The position numbers were made by a program, and so were the translations under genes. The notes under the pieces are model-generated. The model was not told the DNA's origin, made no database searches, and saw nothing but the letters and a program-made list of their open reading frames with translations. Positions 40,889-52,305 of a DNA stretch of 64,000 nucleotides are shown piece after piece. Positions within the stretch are counted from its first letter, which is position 1. Each line of letters starts with the position of its first letter. The DNA comes from an uncultured delta proteobacterium (lineage in GTDB: Bacteria > Myxococcota_A > UBA9160 > SMWR01), in assembly GCA_963832165.1 (NCBI GenBank), contig CAWHTE010000001.1, positions 810,830 to 874,829 on the forward strand, read 5' to 3'.

Positions 40889-41491
40889 ATGGCCCTGACC
40901 CGGCGTCAGCGCGAGGTCTTCGATTTCGTCCGCGGCTTCGTAGCGGAGCACGGCTACTCGCCGAGTCTCGAGGAGATCGGCGCCGCGTTCGGCCTGACGT
41001 CGGTCGCCACGGTGCACAAGCACGTGCAGCACCTCGTCGAGAAGGGCTACCTGCGCAAGGCGTGGAACCGCTCGCGGTCGGTCGAGCCCGCCGACGACGC
41101 CGAGCGGTCGACGGTGGCGCTGCCGCTGCTGGGCACGGTGGCCGCGGGCGCGCCGATCGAGGCGGTCGAGGTGCGCGAGCACCTCCAGGTGCCCGCGTCG
41201 CTGGTGCCGGCCGGGCGCAATTGCTTCGCGCTGCGCGTGCGAGGCGACTCGATGATCGACGAGCAGATCCGCGACGGAGACGTCGTGGTGGTCGAGTCGC
41301 GACCCGATGCGCGCGACGGCGAGACCGTGGTCGCGCTCGTGCGCGGCACCGACGCCACGCTCAAGAAGCTGTACCGGCGCGGCTCCCAGGTGCGGCTCCA
41401 GCCCGCGAACCCGCGCATGGGTCCGATCGATCTCCCGGCCTCCGAGGTCGAGGTGCGCGGCGTCGTGCGCGGGCTGATCCGTCACTATTGA
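40889..41491 (+). CDS. lexA: SOS repressor LexA
   Basis: HTH GYSPSLEEI..SVATVHKH; VAAG cleavage site; GDSM Ser; TLKK Lys. Confidence 0.95.
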   Translation: MALTRRQREVFDFVRGFVAEHGYSPSLEEIGAAFGLTSVATVHKHVQHLVEKGYLRKAWNRSRSVEPADDAERSTVALPLLGTVAAGAPIEAVEVREHLQVPASLVPAGRNCFALRVRGDSMIDEQIRDGDVVVVESRPDARDGETVVALVRGTDATLKKLYRRGSQVRLQPANPRMGPIDLPASEVEVRGVVRGLIRHY

Positions 41492-41537
41492 TTGGGTTAG
41501 CCTCGCGTAGCCGTTCGCTTTCTTCGAGAAACCCCCC

Positions 41538-41957
41538 TTGCCGCAAGTGCGCCTGACCCGCGCGGTCGAGTTCTCGACCTCGCTCCGCTACTGGAATCCC
41601 GACCTCACCGAGGCCGAGAACCGGGACCGCTTCGGGCGCAAGGCGAGCCACCACGGCCACAACTACCGGCTCGAGGTGACGCTCGTGGGCGAGCCCGACC
41701 CGATCACGGGCATGGTGATCGACCTGAAGGACCTCCAGGAAGTGATCGACCGCGAGGTGATGACCCGCTTCGACCACCGCGACCTGAACCGCGACACGCC
41801 GTACTTCGAGAAGGAGCCGCCGACGCCCGAGAACCTCGCGCGCGTGATCGATCGGATCCTGCGCGCCGCGCTGCCGTCCGGGCTGCTCCACGGCATCCGC
41901 CTGTACGAGGACGCGGACACGTTCGTCGAGCTGATCGGCTCCGGAGACGCCGGATGA
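41538..41957 (+). CDS. PTPS/QueD-family protein (lacks the catalytic Cys)
   Basis: HGHNY, GMVIDL, FDHRDLN, PTPENLA. Confidence 0.85.
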   Translation: MPQVRLTRAVEFSTSLRYWNPDLTEAENRDRFGRKASHHGHNYRLEVTLVGEPDPITGMVIDLKDLQEVIDREVMTRFDHRDLNRDTPYFEKEPPTPENLARVIDRILRAALPSGLLHGIRLYEDADTFVELIGSGDAG

Positions 41958-42373
41958 TCGCGCTCACGCGCCGCTATCGATTCCCGGCCGCGCACGTGCT
42001 GCGCCACCCCGACCTCAGCGATGCGGACAACGCGCGCATCTACGGCAAGTGTGCGAACCCGGCCGGACACGGGCACGACTACGGGATCGAGATCACGATC
42101 GCGGGCGACGTCGATCGGTCCACGGGCCAGATCTTTCCTCGCGCGCGGCTCGACGCGCTCGTCGCGGAGCGCGTACTCGACCGCTTCGGGCACAGCCTCT
42201 TGAACGACGATCCCGCGTTCACCGCGGTCGTTCCCACCGCCGAGAACATCGCGCTCGCGGCGTTCGACGAGCTCGCCCCGGCGATCGCCTCGGCGCGGCC
42301 CGGCGCACGCCTGGTGCGCGTGCGGCTCGAAGAGACGCGCAAGAACAGCTTCGAAACTGGAGATGCCCGATGA
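41954..42373 (+). CDS. 6-pyruvoyl-tetrahydropterin synthase/QueD-family protein
   Basis: FPAAH, YGKCANPAGHGHDY, PTAENIA, EETRKN. Confidence 0.88.
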   Translation: MIALTRRYRFPAAHVLRHPDLSDADNARIYGKCANPAGHGHDYGIEITIAGDVDRSTGQIFPRARLDALVAERVLDRFGHSLLNDDPAFTAVVPTAENIALAAFDELAPAIASARPGARLVRVRLEETRKNSFETGDAR

Positions 42374-42957
42374 GTGACACCCACGACTCCGATCCGATCG
42401 AGCCGCTCGTCACGACCATGCTCAAGGAGCTCGGCGAGGACCCGGGGCGCAACGGTCTCGAGCGCACGCCGCTGCGCGTCGCCAAGGCACTGCGCTTCCT
42501 CACCTCGGGTTACCAGAAGAATCCCAGCGAGATCCTCAACGGCGCGCTGTTCGACGTCACCTACGACGAGATGGTGATCGTGAAGGACATCGAGTTCTAC
42601 AGCCTGTGCGAGCACCACATGCTGCCCTTCTTCGGCAGGATTCACGTCGCCTACGTGCCGAAGGGCCGCGTGGTCGGTCTGTCGAAGATTCCGCGCCTGG
42701 TCGAGATGTTCGCGCGGCGGCTCCAGGTGCAGGAGCGGCTCACCACCGAGGTTGCGGCCACGCTCGAGGACGTCCTGAAACCGAAAGGTGTCGCGGTGGT
42801 CGCCGAGGCGATCCACTTGTGCATGATGATGCGCGGCGTCGCGCAGCAGAACTGCTCCGCTGTGACGAGCTCGATGCGCGGCGAGTTCGAGGGCGATCCG
42901 AAGACGCGAGCAGAGTTCATGCAGCTGATCCGAAGCCCCAAGCCGTCGTTCGCGTGA
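42370..42957 (+). CDS. folE: GTP cyclohydrolase I
   Basis: SLCEHHMLPFFG, GLSKIPR, RRLQVQERLT, HLCMMMRG. Confidence 0.96.
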   Translation: MSDTHDSDPIEPLVTTMLKELGEDPGRNGLERTPLRVAKALRFLTSGYQKNPSEILNGALFDVTYDEMVIVKDIEFYSLCEHHMLPFFGRIHVAYVPKGRVVGLSKIPRLVEMFARRLQVQERLTTEVAATLEDVLKPKGVAVVAEAIHLCMMMRGVAQQNCSAVTSSMRGEFEGDPKTRAEFMQLIRSPKPSFA

Positions 42958-43905
42958 GCGATCTGTATGAGACGCTCGGTGTCGCGCGCGACGCCGACGT
43001 CGGTGTGATTCGCAAGGCCTATCGCAAGCTCGCGCGCAAGAATCACCCCGACCTGAATCCCGGAGACAAGGCCGCCGAGGAGCGGTTCAAGGAGATCTCG
43101 CGCGCCTGGGAGGTGCTCGAGAATCCCGAGCGCCGGCGCAACTACGACGAGTTCGGCGCGGTCTCGCTCGAGGCCGGCTTCGACGCCGAGAAAGCGCGTC
43201 AGGCGCGCGAGGCGTTCGGCAGCCGGTTCGGTACCGGCGGGCGGCCGGGTGCCGAGGGATTCGGCGAGGAGTTCGAGTTCGGCGATCTCGACGACGTCCT
43301 GGGGGGCTTCTTCCGCGGGCGCGCCGAGCGCGGTCGCGGTATCCGGATGCGCGGCGCCGACCTCGAGGCGGCGCTCGAGCTCGACTTCCTCGACGCCGTG
43401 CGCGGCGGGGAGCAGCGGCTGACGCTCGGGCGCGGTGGCCCGGCCGGTAGCGAGACGATCACGGTGCGAATTCCGCCGGGCGTCGATACGGGCGGTCGGC
43501 TGCGCATTCCCGGCAAGGGCGGGCCTGGGATCGGTGGGGGTCCGCCCGGAGACCTCTCGGTCGTGCTCCGGGTCCGACCGCACCGCGTCTTCCGGCGCGA
43601 GGGGCGCGACCTCACCTTCGACCTCCCGATCACGCGTGGTCGAGGCGATTCGCGGCGCGAAGGTCGAGGTGCCGACCCTCGACGGCCGCGCGACGCTCAC
43701 GATCCCGCCCGGCACCGACAGCGGCACGCGCCTGCGCCTGCGCGGGAAGGGCGTGCCGAATCCGCGCGGCGGCGAGCCGGGCGATCTGTTCGCGCGGATC
43801 CAGATCCGCGTGCCGCGCAAACTCGACGATGAAGAGGCGAGCGAAGCCATCGATGCGCTCGAAAGCGCCGAGGATCGGGATCTCCGCAAGGAGCTGTTCT
43901 CATGA
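42954..43905 (+). CDS. cbpA: CbpA-like DnaJ class B protein; one extra base near 43635
   Basis: J domain HPD, no Zn finger; ...DLPIT then VVEAIRGAKVEVPTLDG continues in the +1 frame; followed by a cbpM-like gene. Confidence 0.8.
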
Positions 43906-44186
43906 CGCGCCGGAGCATCCGCACGTCGGAGGTGTTGGTCTTCCTCGGCGCGCAGGAGGAGACGGCGTTCTTTCGCCGACTGCGGGAAGAGGGGCTGTTC
44001 GAGGGCGAGGAGCTCGCGCCCGAAGAGGCCGACGAGCTGCGCCTCGCCAAGCTCCTGATGGAGGAGCTCGGCGTGAACGCCGAGGGGGTCGACGTGGCAC
44101 TGCATCTGCGCCGGCGCCTGTTCGCGCTCGAGCAGCGCGTGCGCGCGCTCGCCGACGCGCTCGAGCGGGAGACGCGGGGGCGCTGA
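43902..44186 (+). CDS. cbpM: Chaperone modulator CbpM-like protein
   Basis: LRLAKLLMEELGVNAEGVDVALHLR; directly downstream of the cbpA-like gene. Confidence 0.75.
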   Translation: MTRRSIRTSEVLVFLGAQEETAFFRRLREEGLFEGEELAPEEADELRLAKLLMEELGVNAEGVDVALHLRRRLFALEQRVRALADALERETRGR

Positions 44187-44195
44187 GCACGCCTA

Positions 44196-44283
44196 GCCGG
44201 ACCTTCTCGCTCGCTGATCGCTCGCGCTCGGGCTCCGGCCTTCGCGCGCCTTCGGCTCGCTGCGCGTCGGCCGACTTTGTCGG
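44196..44283 (-). repeat. Dispersed ~90-bp structured repeat, second full copy
   Basis: Reverse complement CCGACAAAGTCGGCCGACGCGCAGCGAGCCGAAGGCGCGCGAAGGCCGGAGCCCGAGCGCGAGCGATCAGCGAGCGAGAAGGTCCGGC. Confidence 0.85.
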
Positions 44284-44292
44284 GCTCCCTGC

Positions 44293-45804
44293 CTAGCTGC
44301 CCCGGATCGCCTCCAGGTTCACGATCAGGTCGCCCGACTTCTCGAGCACGTCGCGTTGCGCCTCGAGCCAGGTGCCGATCCGCGCCTCGCGCTTCTGTGC
44401 GAGGAGTTCCTCGCGCTTCTTCTCCACGAGGGCATCGACCTGGGCCGGTTCGGCCTCCTTGCGCTCGAGCAGCTGAACCAGCGCAAACGCATCACCGACC
44501 TCGAGGAGTTTCGGCGAGCTCTTGCCCGGCTCGAGCACGAACGCCGCGGCCAGGACTTCCGGTGAGCTGCCGAGACCCGGCACGAACGGATTGCGCCGGG
44601 TGAGCCATCCGGTGTGTCCGAGCGCGATCCCGCGCTCGCGTGCGGCGGCTTCGAGCGTTTGACCGCCGCGCACCGCTTCGGCCAGCTGCTCCGCGCGCTC
44701 GCGCGCGCGCGCGCGCAGCGCTTCGCGGCGCAATAGTTCGGTCGCGATCTCCTCGCGCACCGACTCGAGCGGGCGCGAGAGCGCGTCCTGGCGCTCTTCG
44801 AGCTGGATCAGATGGAACCCGAAGGGCGTCTTCACGGGCGCGCTCCGCTGACCCGGCGAGAGCGCGAACGCCGCGTCTTCGAACTCCTTCACCATCTGTC
44901 CGCGCGCGAAGAAGCCGAGATCGCCGCCCCGGATCTGGGAGCCCGGGTCCTGGGAGAACTCCGTGGCCACCTGCTCGAACGGCTCGCCGCCGTCGATCCG
45001 CTTCGCGGCCGCTTCGATCTCCCCGCGCACGCGCTCGACCTCTTCGGGCTGCGCCTTCGGATCGAGCGTGCGCAGGATGTGACGCGCGCGGACCCGCTCG
45101 GGTCGGTTGTACAGCTCGCCGTTCTCCTGATAGAGCGTCGCGATCTCGTCGCCGCGCGAGGCGATCGCGGCCTGGACCGCTTCGGGCGCGATCTCGGGCG
45201 GATCCGCCGCCGTTGCTTCGATCGAGACGAACGAGATCTGGACCTCCTCGAGATCGCGCCGCGCGGCATCGCGGGCCTCGCCCTCGGACACCTCGGGCTG
45301 CGCCTCGAGCACGCTCAGCATCTTCATCGCGAGCATCCCGAGACGGCGCTCGGCCATGAACGCCTTCTGGCTGCCGTAGACGTACTGGATGTACTCCTCG
45401 AAGCGCTTGCGGTCGAAGCGCCCCTGCTCGTCCCGGAAGTCCGAATCGGCCAACACGAGCTTCTCGATCTCACCCGTCGTGACGTGCAGGCCGAGATCGC
45501 CGGCCGCCAATGCGAGCAGCCCGCTCTCGACCAGCTCGCGCGCAGCGAGGCTGTCCAGCGTCTCGCTCATCGCCTTGGCGTCGTATTTGTCGCCAAACTG
45601 TTCCTGGATCATCGCCTCGCGGCGCTCGCGCACGCGCTCGAACTCGGGGATGCCGAACTCGATCGGCCCGACCTTCACGATCTGCTGTGACGACGTGAAG
45701 TCCGAGGGGCCTTGCAGACCCAGGAACACGACGAACACCGTACCAATGCCCGCGACCAGGATCGCGGTCAGCCAGCGCTGCCCACTGCGCAGGATTCGCA
45801 GCAT
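44293..45804 (-). CDS. ppiD: PpiD-like periplasmic chaperone / parvulin PPIase
   Basis: N-terminal TM, SurA-N-like region, RARHIL, SQDPGS..GGDLGFF, FEDAAF, FGFHLI. Confidence 0.85.
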   Translation of the reverse strand: MLRILRSGQRWLTAILVAGIGTVFVVFLGLQGPSDFTSSQQIVKVGPIEFGIPEFERVRERREAMIQEQFGDKYDAKAMSETLDSLAARELVESGLLALAAGDLGLHVTTGEIEKLVLADSDFRDEQGRFDRKRFEEYIQYVYGSQKAFMAERRLGMLAMKMLSVLEAQPEVSEGEARDAARRDLEEVQISFVSIEATAADPPEIAPEAVQAAIASRGDEIATLYQENGELYNRPERVRARHILRTLDPKAQPEEVERVRGEIEAAAKRIDGGEPFEQVATEFSQDPGSQIRGGDLGFFARGQMVKEFEDAAFALSPGQRSAPVKTPFGFHLIQLEERQDALSRPLESVREEIATELLRREALRARARERAEQLAEAVRGGQTLEAAARERGIALGHTGWLTRRNPFVPGLGSSPEVLAAAFVLEPGKSSPKLLEVGDAFALVQLLERKEAEPAQVDALVEKKREELLAQKREARIGTWLEAQRDVLEKSGDLIVNLEAIRGS

Positions 45805-45927
45805 CCGGCCCCCCTCGGCTCAGCTCCGGGCTCTTTCTGGTCGAAGAGACGCCCGGAGGAAGGTCGGGAGACTACGAATCGGCGAATCGCGCAGCAAGCG
45901 CGTGGGGTTTTGGACGGGTGTCCGCGC

Positions 45928-47116
<1,189 letters not shown>

Positions 47117-47137
47117 CGCCGGTCCGGCGCAGGTGTC

Positions 47138-48040
47138 ATGACCGAGATCCGTAGTCGGGTGCTGCTGGCCGGCCTGGCGGCCTTGTTGGGCGGGTTTGCG
47201 CTCGTCAACATGGTGGTGGACCGCCGCGCGCTCGTGCAGGGCGGCCGCGAGCTCTCCTGGTGGAGCGGGCTCGCGCTCGACGTCGCGGTACCGATCCAGA
47301 AGTTCGTCGCGATGCCGTTCGACATCGCGCGCGGGTCGTGGGGCGACTACATCGCGCTGCTCGACGTGCGCCGCGAGAACGGGGATCTGCGCGCGCAGCT
47401 CGCGGAGACCGAGGACGAGAACCTCCAGCTGCGCGAGGCGCTGCTCGCGAGCGGGCGGCTCGATCGGATCGCCGAGATGCGCGAGGAATACGACGTGCCG
47501 ATGCTGCGCGCCGAGCTCGTCGGTCTCGATGCCTCGACCTGGTTCCGCTCGGTGCTGATCGACCGCGGGCGCAACCACGGCGTGCATTCGGGGATGCCGC
47601 TGATCTCGGAGCAGGGCGTGGTCGGCCTCGTCACCGCCACGTCGCGCAACGCCGCCAAGGGCATGCTGCTGCTCGATCGCCAGAGCGCGGTCAGCGCCGT
47701 GGTCCAGCGCAGCCGCGACCGCGGCGTCGTGCGCGGGACCGGCGACGGCCTCGTGTTCGAGTTCGTGGGTCGCGATGCCGACGTGGCGCCCGGGGACGTG
47801 CTGATCACGTCGGGGCTCGGCGGCGTGTTTCCGAAGGGGCTTCGCATCGGCGTGGTCTCCGCCGTGGAAGACGCGGGCGCGAAGCTGCAGCGCGAGGCCA
47901 GCGTCGACTCGACCGTCGACTTCGGCCGGCTCGAGCAGGTGTTCGTGATGCTGCGCCGCAGCCCGACGATGGACCTGCTCTACGCGACCGAGGGCGGCGA
48001 CCAGCCCGATCCTCCGACGGCCGCTGCGGACCGCCCATGA
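47138..48040 (+). CDS. mreC: Rod shape-determining protein MreC
   Basis: TM, coiled coil, IDRG..GV, TSGLGGVFPKG. Confidence 0.92.
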   Translation: MTEIRSRVLLAGLAALLGGFALVNMVVDRRALVQGGRELSWWSGLALDVAVPIQKFVAMPFDIARGSWGDYIALLDVRRENGDLRAQLAETEDENLQLREALLASGRLDRIAEMREEYDVPMLRAELVGLDASTWFRSVLIDRGRNHGVHSGMPLISEQGVVGLVTATSRNAAKGMLLLDRQSAVSAVVQRSRDRGVVRGTGDGLVFEFVGRDADVAPGDVLITSGLGGVFPKGLRIGVVSAVEDAGAKLQREASVDSTVDFGRLEQVFVMLRRSPTMDLLYATEGGDQPDPPTAAADRP

Positions 48041-48576
48041 GGCAGATCGCCGCGATCTTCGCGCTCGTGTTCGGCGTGCCGATGTTGCAGGGCGCACTCT
48101 CGCCGTTTCTGCCCGCCCCGTTTCGACCCGACCTCGCGCTGCTCGTGGTGTTCGCGCTCTCGGTGACGTGGCGCAACACGGGCACGGGGCTGTTTCTCGT
48201 CGCGGCGTGCGGCTTCGTCGTGGACCTGTTCTCGGGTGCGCTGCTCGGTCAGCACGCGCTGCTCTCGGTGCTGGAGTTCGTAGCCGCCCGCGTGCTGTCC
48301 GTGCGCGTGAGCCTGATCGCGCCGCTGCCCCAGATGATCTTCGCGGCCGCGCTCACGGCCGTGCATGCGATCGGAGTCGTCGGACTCACCACGGTCTTCA
48401 CGCCCGGCGCCGACTACGCATTGCTGCGGTTGGGCGTGGTGTTGCCGCGCGTCGCCGTCAATGCGCTCGTGGCACCCGGCGTGACGTGGGTGGTGTCAGG
48501 GCTCGCGGCGTGGGTCGGCGGCGAAGAGGTCGGCCGCCGGCCGCTGCGGATCGCTACGCAGAGGTGGGTCCCGTGA
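48037..48576 (+). CDS. mreD: Rod shape-determining protein MreD
   Basis: Hydrophobic protein, PDLAL, GFVVDLFSG; position in operon. Confidence 0.85.
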   Translation: MRQIAAIFALVFGVPMLQGALSPFLPAPFRPDLALLVVFALSVTWRNTGTGLFLVAACGFVVDLFSGALLGQHALLSVLEFVAARVLSVRVSLIAPLPQMIFAAALTAVHAIGVVGLTTVFTPGADYALLRLGVVLPRVAVNALVAPGVTWVVSGLAAWVGGEEVGRRPLRIATQRWVP

Positions 48577-50477
48577 TCATCCTGGATCAGCGCGTCGGTG
48601 GCGGCGGTGAAACCGACATCCAGCAGCGGGTCCCGTGGATCGCTGCGTTCATCCTGCTCGTGTTCTCGATCTTCTTCGCGCGGCTGTTCCAGCTCCAGGT
48701 GATCCAGACCGACGATTTCCGGCTGCGCTCGCTGCACAACTCCGTGCGCACGCTCCGCGTCGAGGCGCCGCGCGGCGACATCGTGGACCGCGACGGCCGG
48801 ATCCTCGCCGCGACGCGCCCTGCGTTCGGCGTGCAGCTGATTCCACACGACGTGCGTCATCCCGACGTGGTGATCCCGGCGCTCGCGCAGCTGATCGATC
48901 GCGAGGCCGGCGAGGTGCGCAGCCAGATCGGCACTCCGCGCGGTCGCCTGCGCTACCAGCCGATCCGGCTCGCGGGAGATCTCTCCTATGACCAGCTCGC
49001 GCGCGTCGAGTCGCATCTCTATGCGCTCTCGGGGGTCGTCACCGACGTCCGCCCGCGCCGGCACTACGTGGGCGGCGATCTCGCCGCCCACGTGCTCGGC
49101 TACATCGGAGAAGTCGGGAGCGCGCAGCTCGAGACGAGCGCGTACTCCGACTATCAGCAGGGCGAGGTGATCGGTCAGTCGGGCATCGAGGGCGTCGAGC
49201 AGGAGGCGCTGCGCGGGCGTGCGGGCGGAGTCAACCAGATCGTCGACGTCGGAGGCCGCGTGGTCGGCGTGGTCGACGAGATCGATCCGGTACCGGGCGG
49301 CACCGTACAGCTCACGATCGATCTCGATCTCCAGCAGGCGGCCGAGGCTGCGTTCGTGCCCGAAGTGCCGGGCGAGCACGCGCGCATGGGCGCCGTGGTG
49401 GCGCTCGATGTGCACACGGGCGACGTGCTCGCGATGGTGTCGAAGCCCACGTTCGATCCGAACGCGTTCGCGGGCGGCATCGATGGGCCTACCTGGAAGC
49501 ACCTCACCACCGACAAATGGAAGCCGATCCAGAACCGCGCGATCTCGGGTCAGTATCCGCCGGGCTCCACGTACAAGGCGTTCGTCGCCGCGGCCGGACT
49601 CGAAGACGGTTTGATCGATCCGAACCGCCGGATCTTCTGCCCAGGCCACTTCCGATTCGGCAATCGCACCTATCGGTGCTGGAAGCACGAGGGACACGGC
49701 TCGGTCGATCTCCACCGCGCGCTCGTCGAGTCGTGCGACGTCTACTTCTACACGATCGGCCGCGACCTCGGCGTGGATCGCCTCGCGTACTTTGCGCGCG
49801 GATTCAACCTCGGCGCGACCACGGGCATCACGCTTCCGCAGGAGAAGTCGGGCCTCGTTCCGACGGCTTCCTGGAAGGAGCGCCGGTTCAAGCAGGCGTG
49901 GATGGCGGGCGAGACGATCTCCGTTTCGATCGGCCAGGGTTTCAATCTCGTGACGCCGATCCAGCTCGCCGTGGCCTACGGTGCGATCGCAAACGGCGGC
50001 ACGGTGGTGAAGCCGCGGCTCGTGCTGCGCGTGTCCGACACCGATGGGCGTCTCGTCGACGGACCGGAGCCCGAGGTCACGGGCCGCGTGCCCGTGAAGC
50101 GCGAGTACCTCGACCTCGTGCGCGCCGCGCTCGAAGGCGTGGTGGAAGGTCAAGGCGGTACCGGCGCGCGAGCGCGCGTGCCGGGCGTGCGCGTGGCGGG
50201 CAAGACGGGCACTGCGCAGGTCGTCGGTCTCAAGCACACCGAACACATCGACGAGAAGGAGCTCGCGTTCGAGCTGCGCGATCACGCCTGGTTCGTCGGA
50301 TTCGCGCCCGCGGAGGCGCCCGAGATCGTGGTGGCGGCCGTGTCGGAGCACGGCGGGCACGGCGGCTCCGCGGCGGGGCCGATCGTGCAGAAGGTGCTCG
50401 CGCGTTATTTCGAGAAGCGCGCCGTGCAGGACGTGCCCTCGCAGGTGGCATGGATCGGCTCGGCGGGTCGCAGGTGA
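48573..50477 (+). CDS. mrdA: Penicillin-binding protein 2
   Basis: APRGDIVDRDG, YPPGSTYK, SCD, KTGTAQ, DHAWFV. Confidence 0.95.
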   Translation: MIILDQRVGGGGETDIQQRVPWIAAFILLVFSIFFARLFQLQVIQTDDFRLRSLHNSVRTLRVEAPRGDIVDRDGRILAATRPAFGVQLIPHDVRHPDVVIPALAQLIDREAGEVRSQIGTPRGRLRYQPIRLAGDLSYDQLARVESHLYALSGVVTDVRPRRHYVGGDLAAHVLGYIGEVGSAQLETSAYSDYQQGEVIGQSGIEGVEQEALRGRAGGVNQIVDVGGRVVGVVDEIDPVPGGTVQLTIDLDLQQAAEAAFVPEVPGEHARMGAVVALDVHTGDVLAMVSKPTFDPNAFAGGIDGPTWKHLTTDKWKPIQNRAISGQYPPGSTYKAFVAAAGLEDGLIDPNRRIFCPGHFRFGNRTYRCWKHEGHGSVDLHRALVESCDVYFYTIGRDLGVDRLAYFARGFNLGATTGITLPQEKSGLVPTASWKERRFKQAWMAGETISVSIGQGFNLVTPIQLAVAYGAIANGGTVVKPRLVLRVSDTDGRLVDGPEPEVTGRVPVKREYLDLVRAALEGVVEGQGGTGARARVPGVRVAGKTGTAQVVGLKHTEHIDEKELAFELRDHAWFVGFAPAEAPEIVVAAVSEHGGHGGSAAGPIVQKVLARYFEKRAVQDVPSQVAWIGSAGRR

Positions 50478-50480
50478 GAC

Positions 50481-51578
50481 GTGCTCGGAGTTGATCGCCG
50501 CTCGGTACAGAACTTCGACTGGATGCTGCTCGGTCTGATCCTGTTGCTGTCCGCGACAGGGCTCGTGAATCTCTTCTCGGCCACCTGGACTCCGGACGGG
50601 CTCTCCGACGATATGCGGCGCCAGCTCTTGTCGTTCGGAATCGGCGCCGGCGTGGCGGTGGTGTGTGTCGCGATCGACTATCGCCACTTCGAACGCTTTG
50701 CGCTGCCCGCGTTCGGGCTCGTGCTCGTGGTGATTGCGATCACGATGATCGTGGCCCCCAACACGCGCGGCTCCCAGAGCTGGTTGTTCGGCGGCCGCGT
50801 GCAGCCGTCGGAGCTGGCCAAGGTGGGTCTCGTGCTCGCGCTCGCGCGCTATTTCCAGCGATATCCGCCCAGCCAGATCACGCGGCTGCGCGAGCTCGTG
50901 CGGCCCGGCGTGATCATCGCGCTTCCGGTCGGCCTGATCCTGGGTCAGGGCGACATGGGCGTGGCGCTGCTCACGCTGTTGATCGGCGGCACCTATCTCT
51001 TCCTCGTCCGGATTCCGTGGCGCGCGTGGTTCGCGGTCGCCGTGGCCGCTGCCGCGGCACTCGTGGCTCTGTGGACCTTCGTGCTCGCCGGGTACCAGAA
51101 GGACCGGATCCTCGCGGTCGCCGACCCGGGCCGCGATCCGCTCGCGTCGGGCTACCAGGTGACGCAGTCGCGCATTGCGATCGGCTCCGGCGGTCTGCTC
51201 GGAACCGGCTATCGCGAGGGCACCCAGACCCAGCTGCGCTTCCTGCCCACGCAACACACCGACTTCGCATTCTCGGTGCTCGCGGAGGAGTGGGGCTTCG
51301 TCGGCAGCTGTGCGGCGCTCGCGCTCTACGCGACTCTGCTCATGTGGGGGCTCGTCGTGGCGCGCAGCTCGAAGGACGAATTCGGCGCGCTGCTCGCGAT
51401 CGGTGTCGTCGGATGTCTGTTCTGGCCAGCAGTGCTCAACGTCGCGATGGTGGTCGGGCTCGCGCCCGTGATCGGCGTTCCGCTGCCGCTGTTCTCGTAC
51501 GGCGGATCGGCGCTCGTCGTGACGCTCGCGCTGCTCGGCCTGCTCCTGAACGTCTCGATGCGCCGATACGTCTTCTAG
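50481..51578 (+). CDS. rodA: SEDS peptidoglycan polymerase RodA
   Basis: QPSELAK, GYQVTQSRIAIGSGG, HTDFAFSVLAEEWG, PLFSYGGS. Confidence 0.95.
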   Translation: MLGVDRRSVQNFDWMLLGLILLLSATGLVNLFSATWTPDGLSDDMRRQLLSFGIGAGVAVVCVAIDYRHFERFALPAFGLVLVVIAITMIVAPNTRGSQSWLFGGRVQPSELAKVGLVLALARYFQRYPPSQITRLRELVRPGVIIALPVGLILGQGDMGVALLTLLIGGTYLFLVRIPWRAWFAVAVAAAAALVALWTFVLAGYQKDRILAVADPGRDPLASGYQVTQSRIAIGSGGLLGTGYREGTQTQLRFLPTQHTDFAFSVLAEEWGFVGSCAALALYATLLMWGLVVARSSKDEFGALLAIGVVGCLFWPAVLNVAMVVGLAPVIGVPLPLFSYGGSALVVTLALLGLLLNVSMRRYVF

Positions 51579-51605
51579 CGCGCCGCCGCTGCTAACATCT
51601 CCCCC

Positions 51606-52304
51606 ATGTCTGCGTCCGCCGTCGTCCGCGTCCGCCCCCGGATCGGTGCGTTCTTCGACATGGACAAGACGCTGATCGCCGAGAACTCCGGCACGCTCAT
51701 GATGAAGCACCGCTACGAGCGCGGCGAGATCGGAAATCTCGACCTGCTGAAGGGCATCGCGGTCTATCTCCAGTACAAGCTCGGCGTACTCGACATCCGC
51801 AGCTGGGCGCAGAGCGTGCTCGCGGAATACCGGGGAAAGAGCGAGGCGGACATCGAGAAGCAGTCGCGCGAGTGGTTCGACGCGCGGGTGGAGCCCGCGC
51901 TCTACCCCGAGGCGGAAGCGCTCGTGCGCGAGCACGACGCGGCCGGACACGTCGTGGCGATCGTCTCCGGTGCGACCAAGTTCGTCGTGCGCCCGCTCGC
52001 CGCGCGGCTCGGCATACGCCACATGCTCTACACGCGCCTCGAGGTCGAGGACGGATGCTTCACGGGCCGCGTGATCGATCCGATCTGCTTCGAAGAGGGC
52101 AAGATCTACTGGCTGCAGCAGCTGATCGAGGAAGAGGGGATCGACCTCGCCAAGAGCTACTTCTACACCGACTCGATCACGGACCGCCCGCTCATGGACC
52201 TGGTCGCGCATCCGATCGCAGTGAATCCCGATCCGATGCTCTACCGCGAGGCGGTGCGGCGCAACTGGCCGGTGCGCTTCTTCACGCCGCCGGTGCGGCG
52301 TTAG
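51606..52304 (+). CDS. HAD-IB family hydrolase
   Basis: AFFDMDKTL, IVSGA, YFYTDSITDRPL, VNPD. Confidence 0.9.
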   Translation: MSASAVVRVRPRIGAFFDMDKTLIAENSGTLMMKHRYERGEIGNLDLLKGIAVYLQYKLGVLDIRSWAQSVLAEYRGKSEADIEKQSREWFDARVEPALYPEAEALVREHDAAGHVVAIVSGATKFVVRPLAARLGIRHMLYTRLEVEDGCFTGRVIDPICFEEGKIYWLQQLIEEEGIDLAKSYFYTDSITDRPLMDLVAHPIAVNPDPMLYREAVRRNWPVRFFTPPVRR

Positions 52305-52305
52305 A

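Noticed and set aside
43630..43640. Programmed frameshift in cbpA
   Set aside because: No slippery sequence, and the break falls mid-domain; most likely an error.
48414..52211. 1265-aa antisense ORF over mrdA-rodA, and similar long ORFs such as 16420-20049
   Set aside because: They fully overlap well-supported genes, are Arg/Ala-rich and carry no domain motifs.
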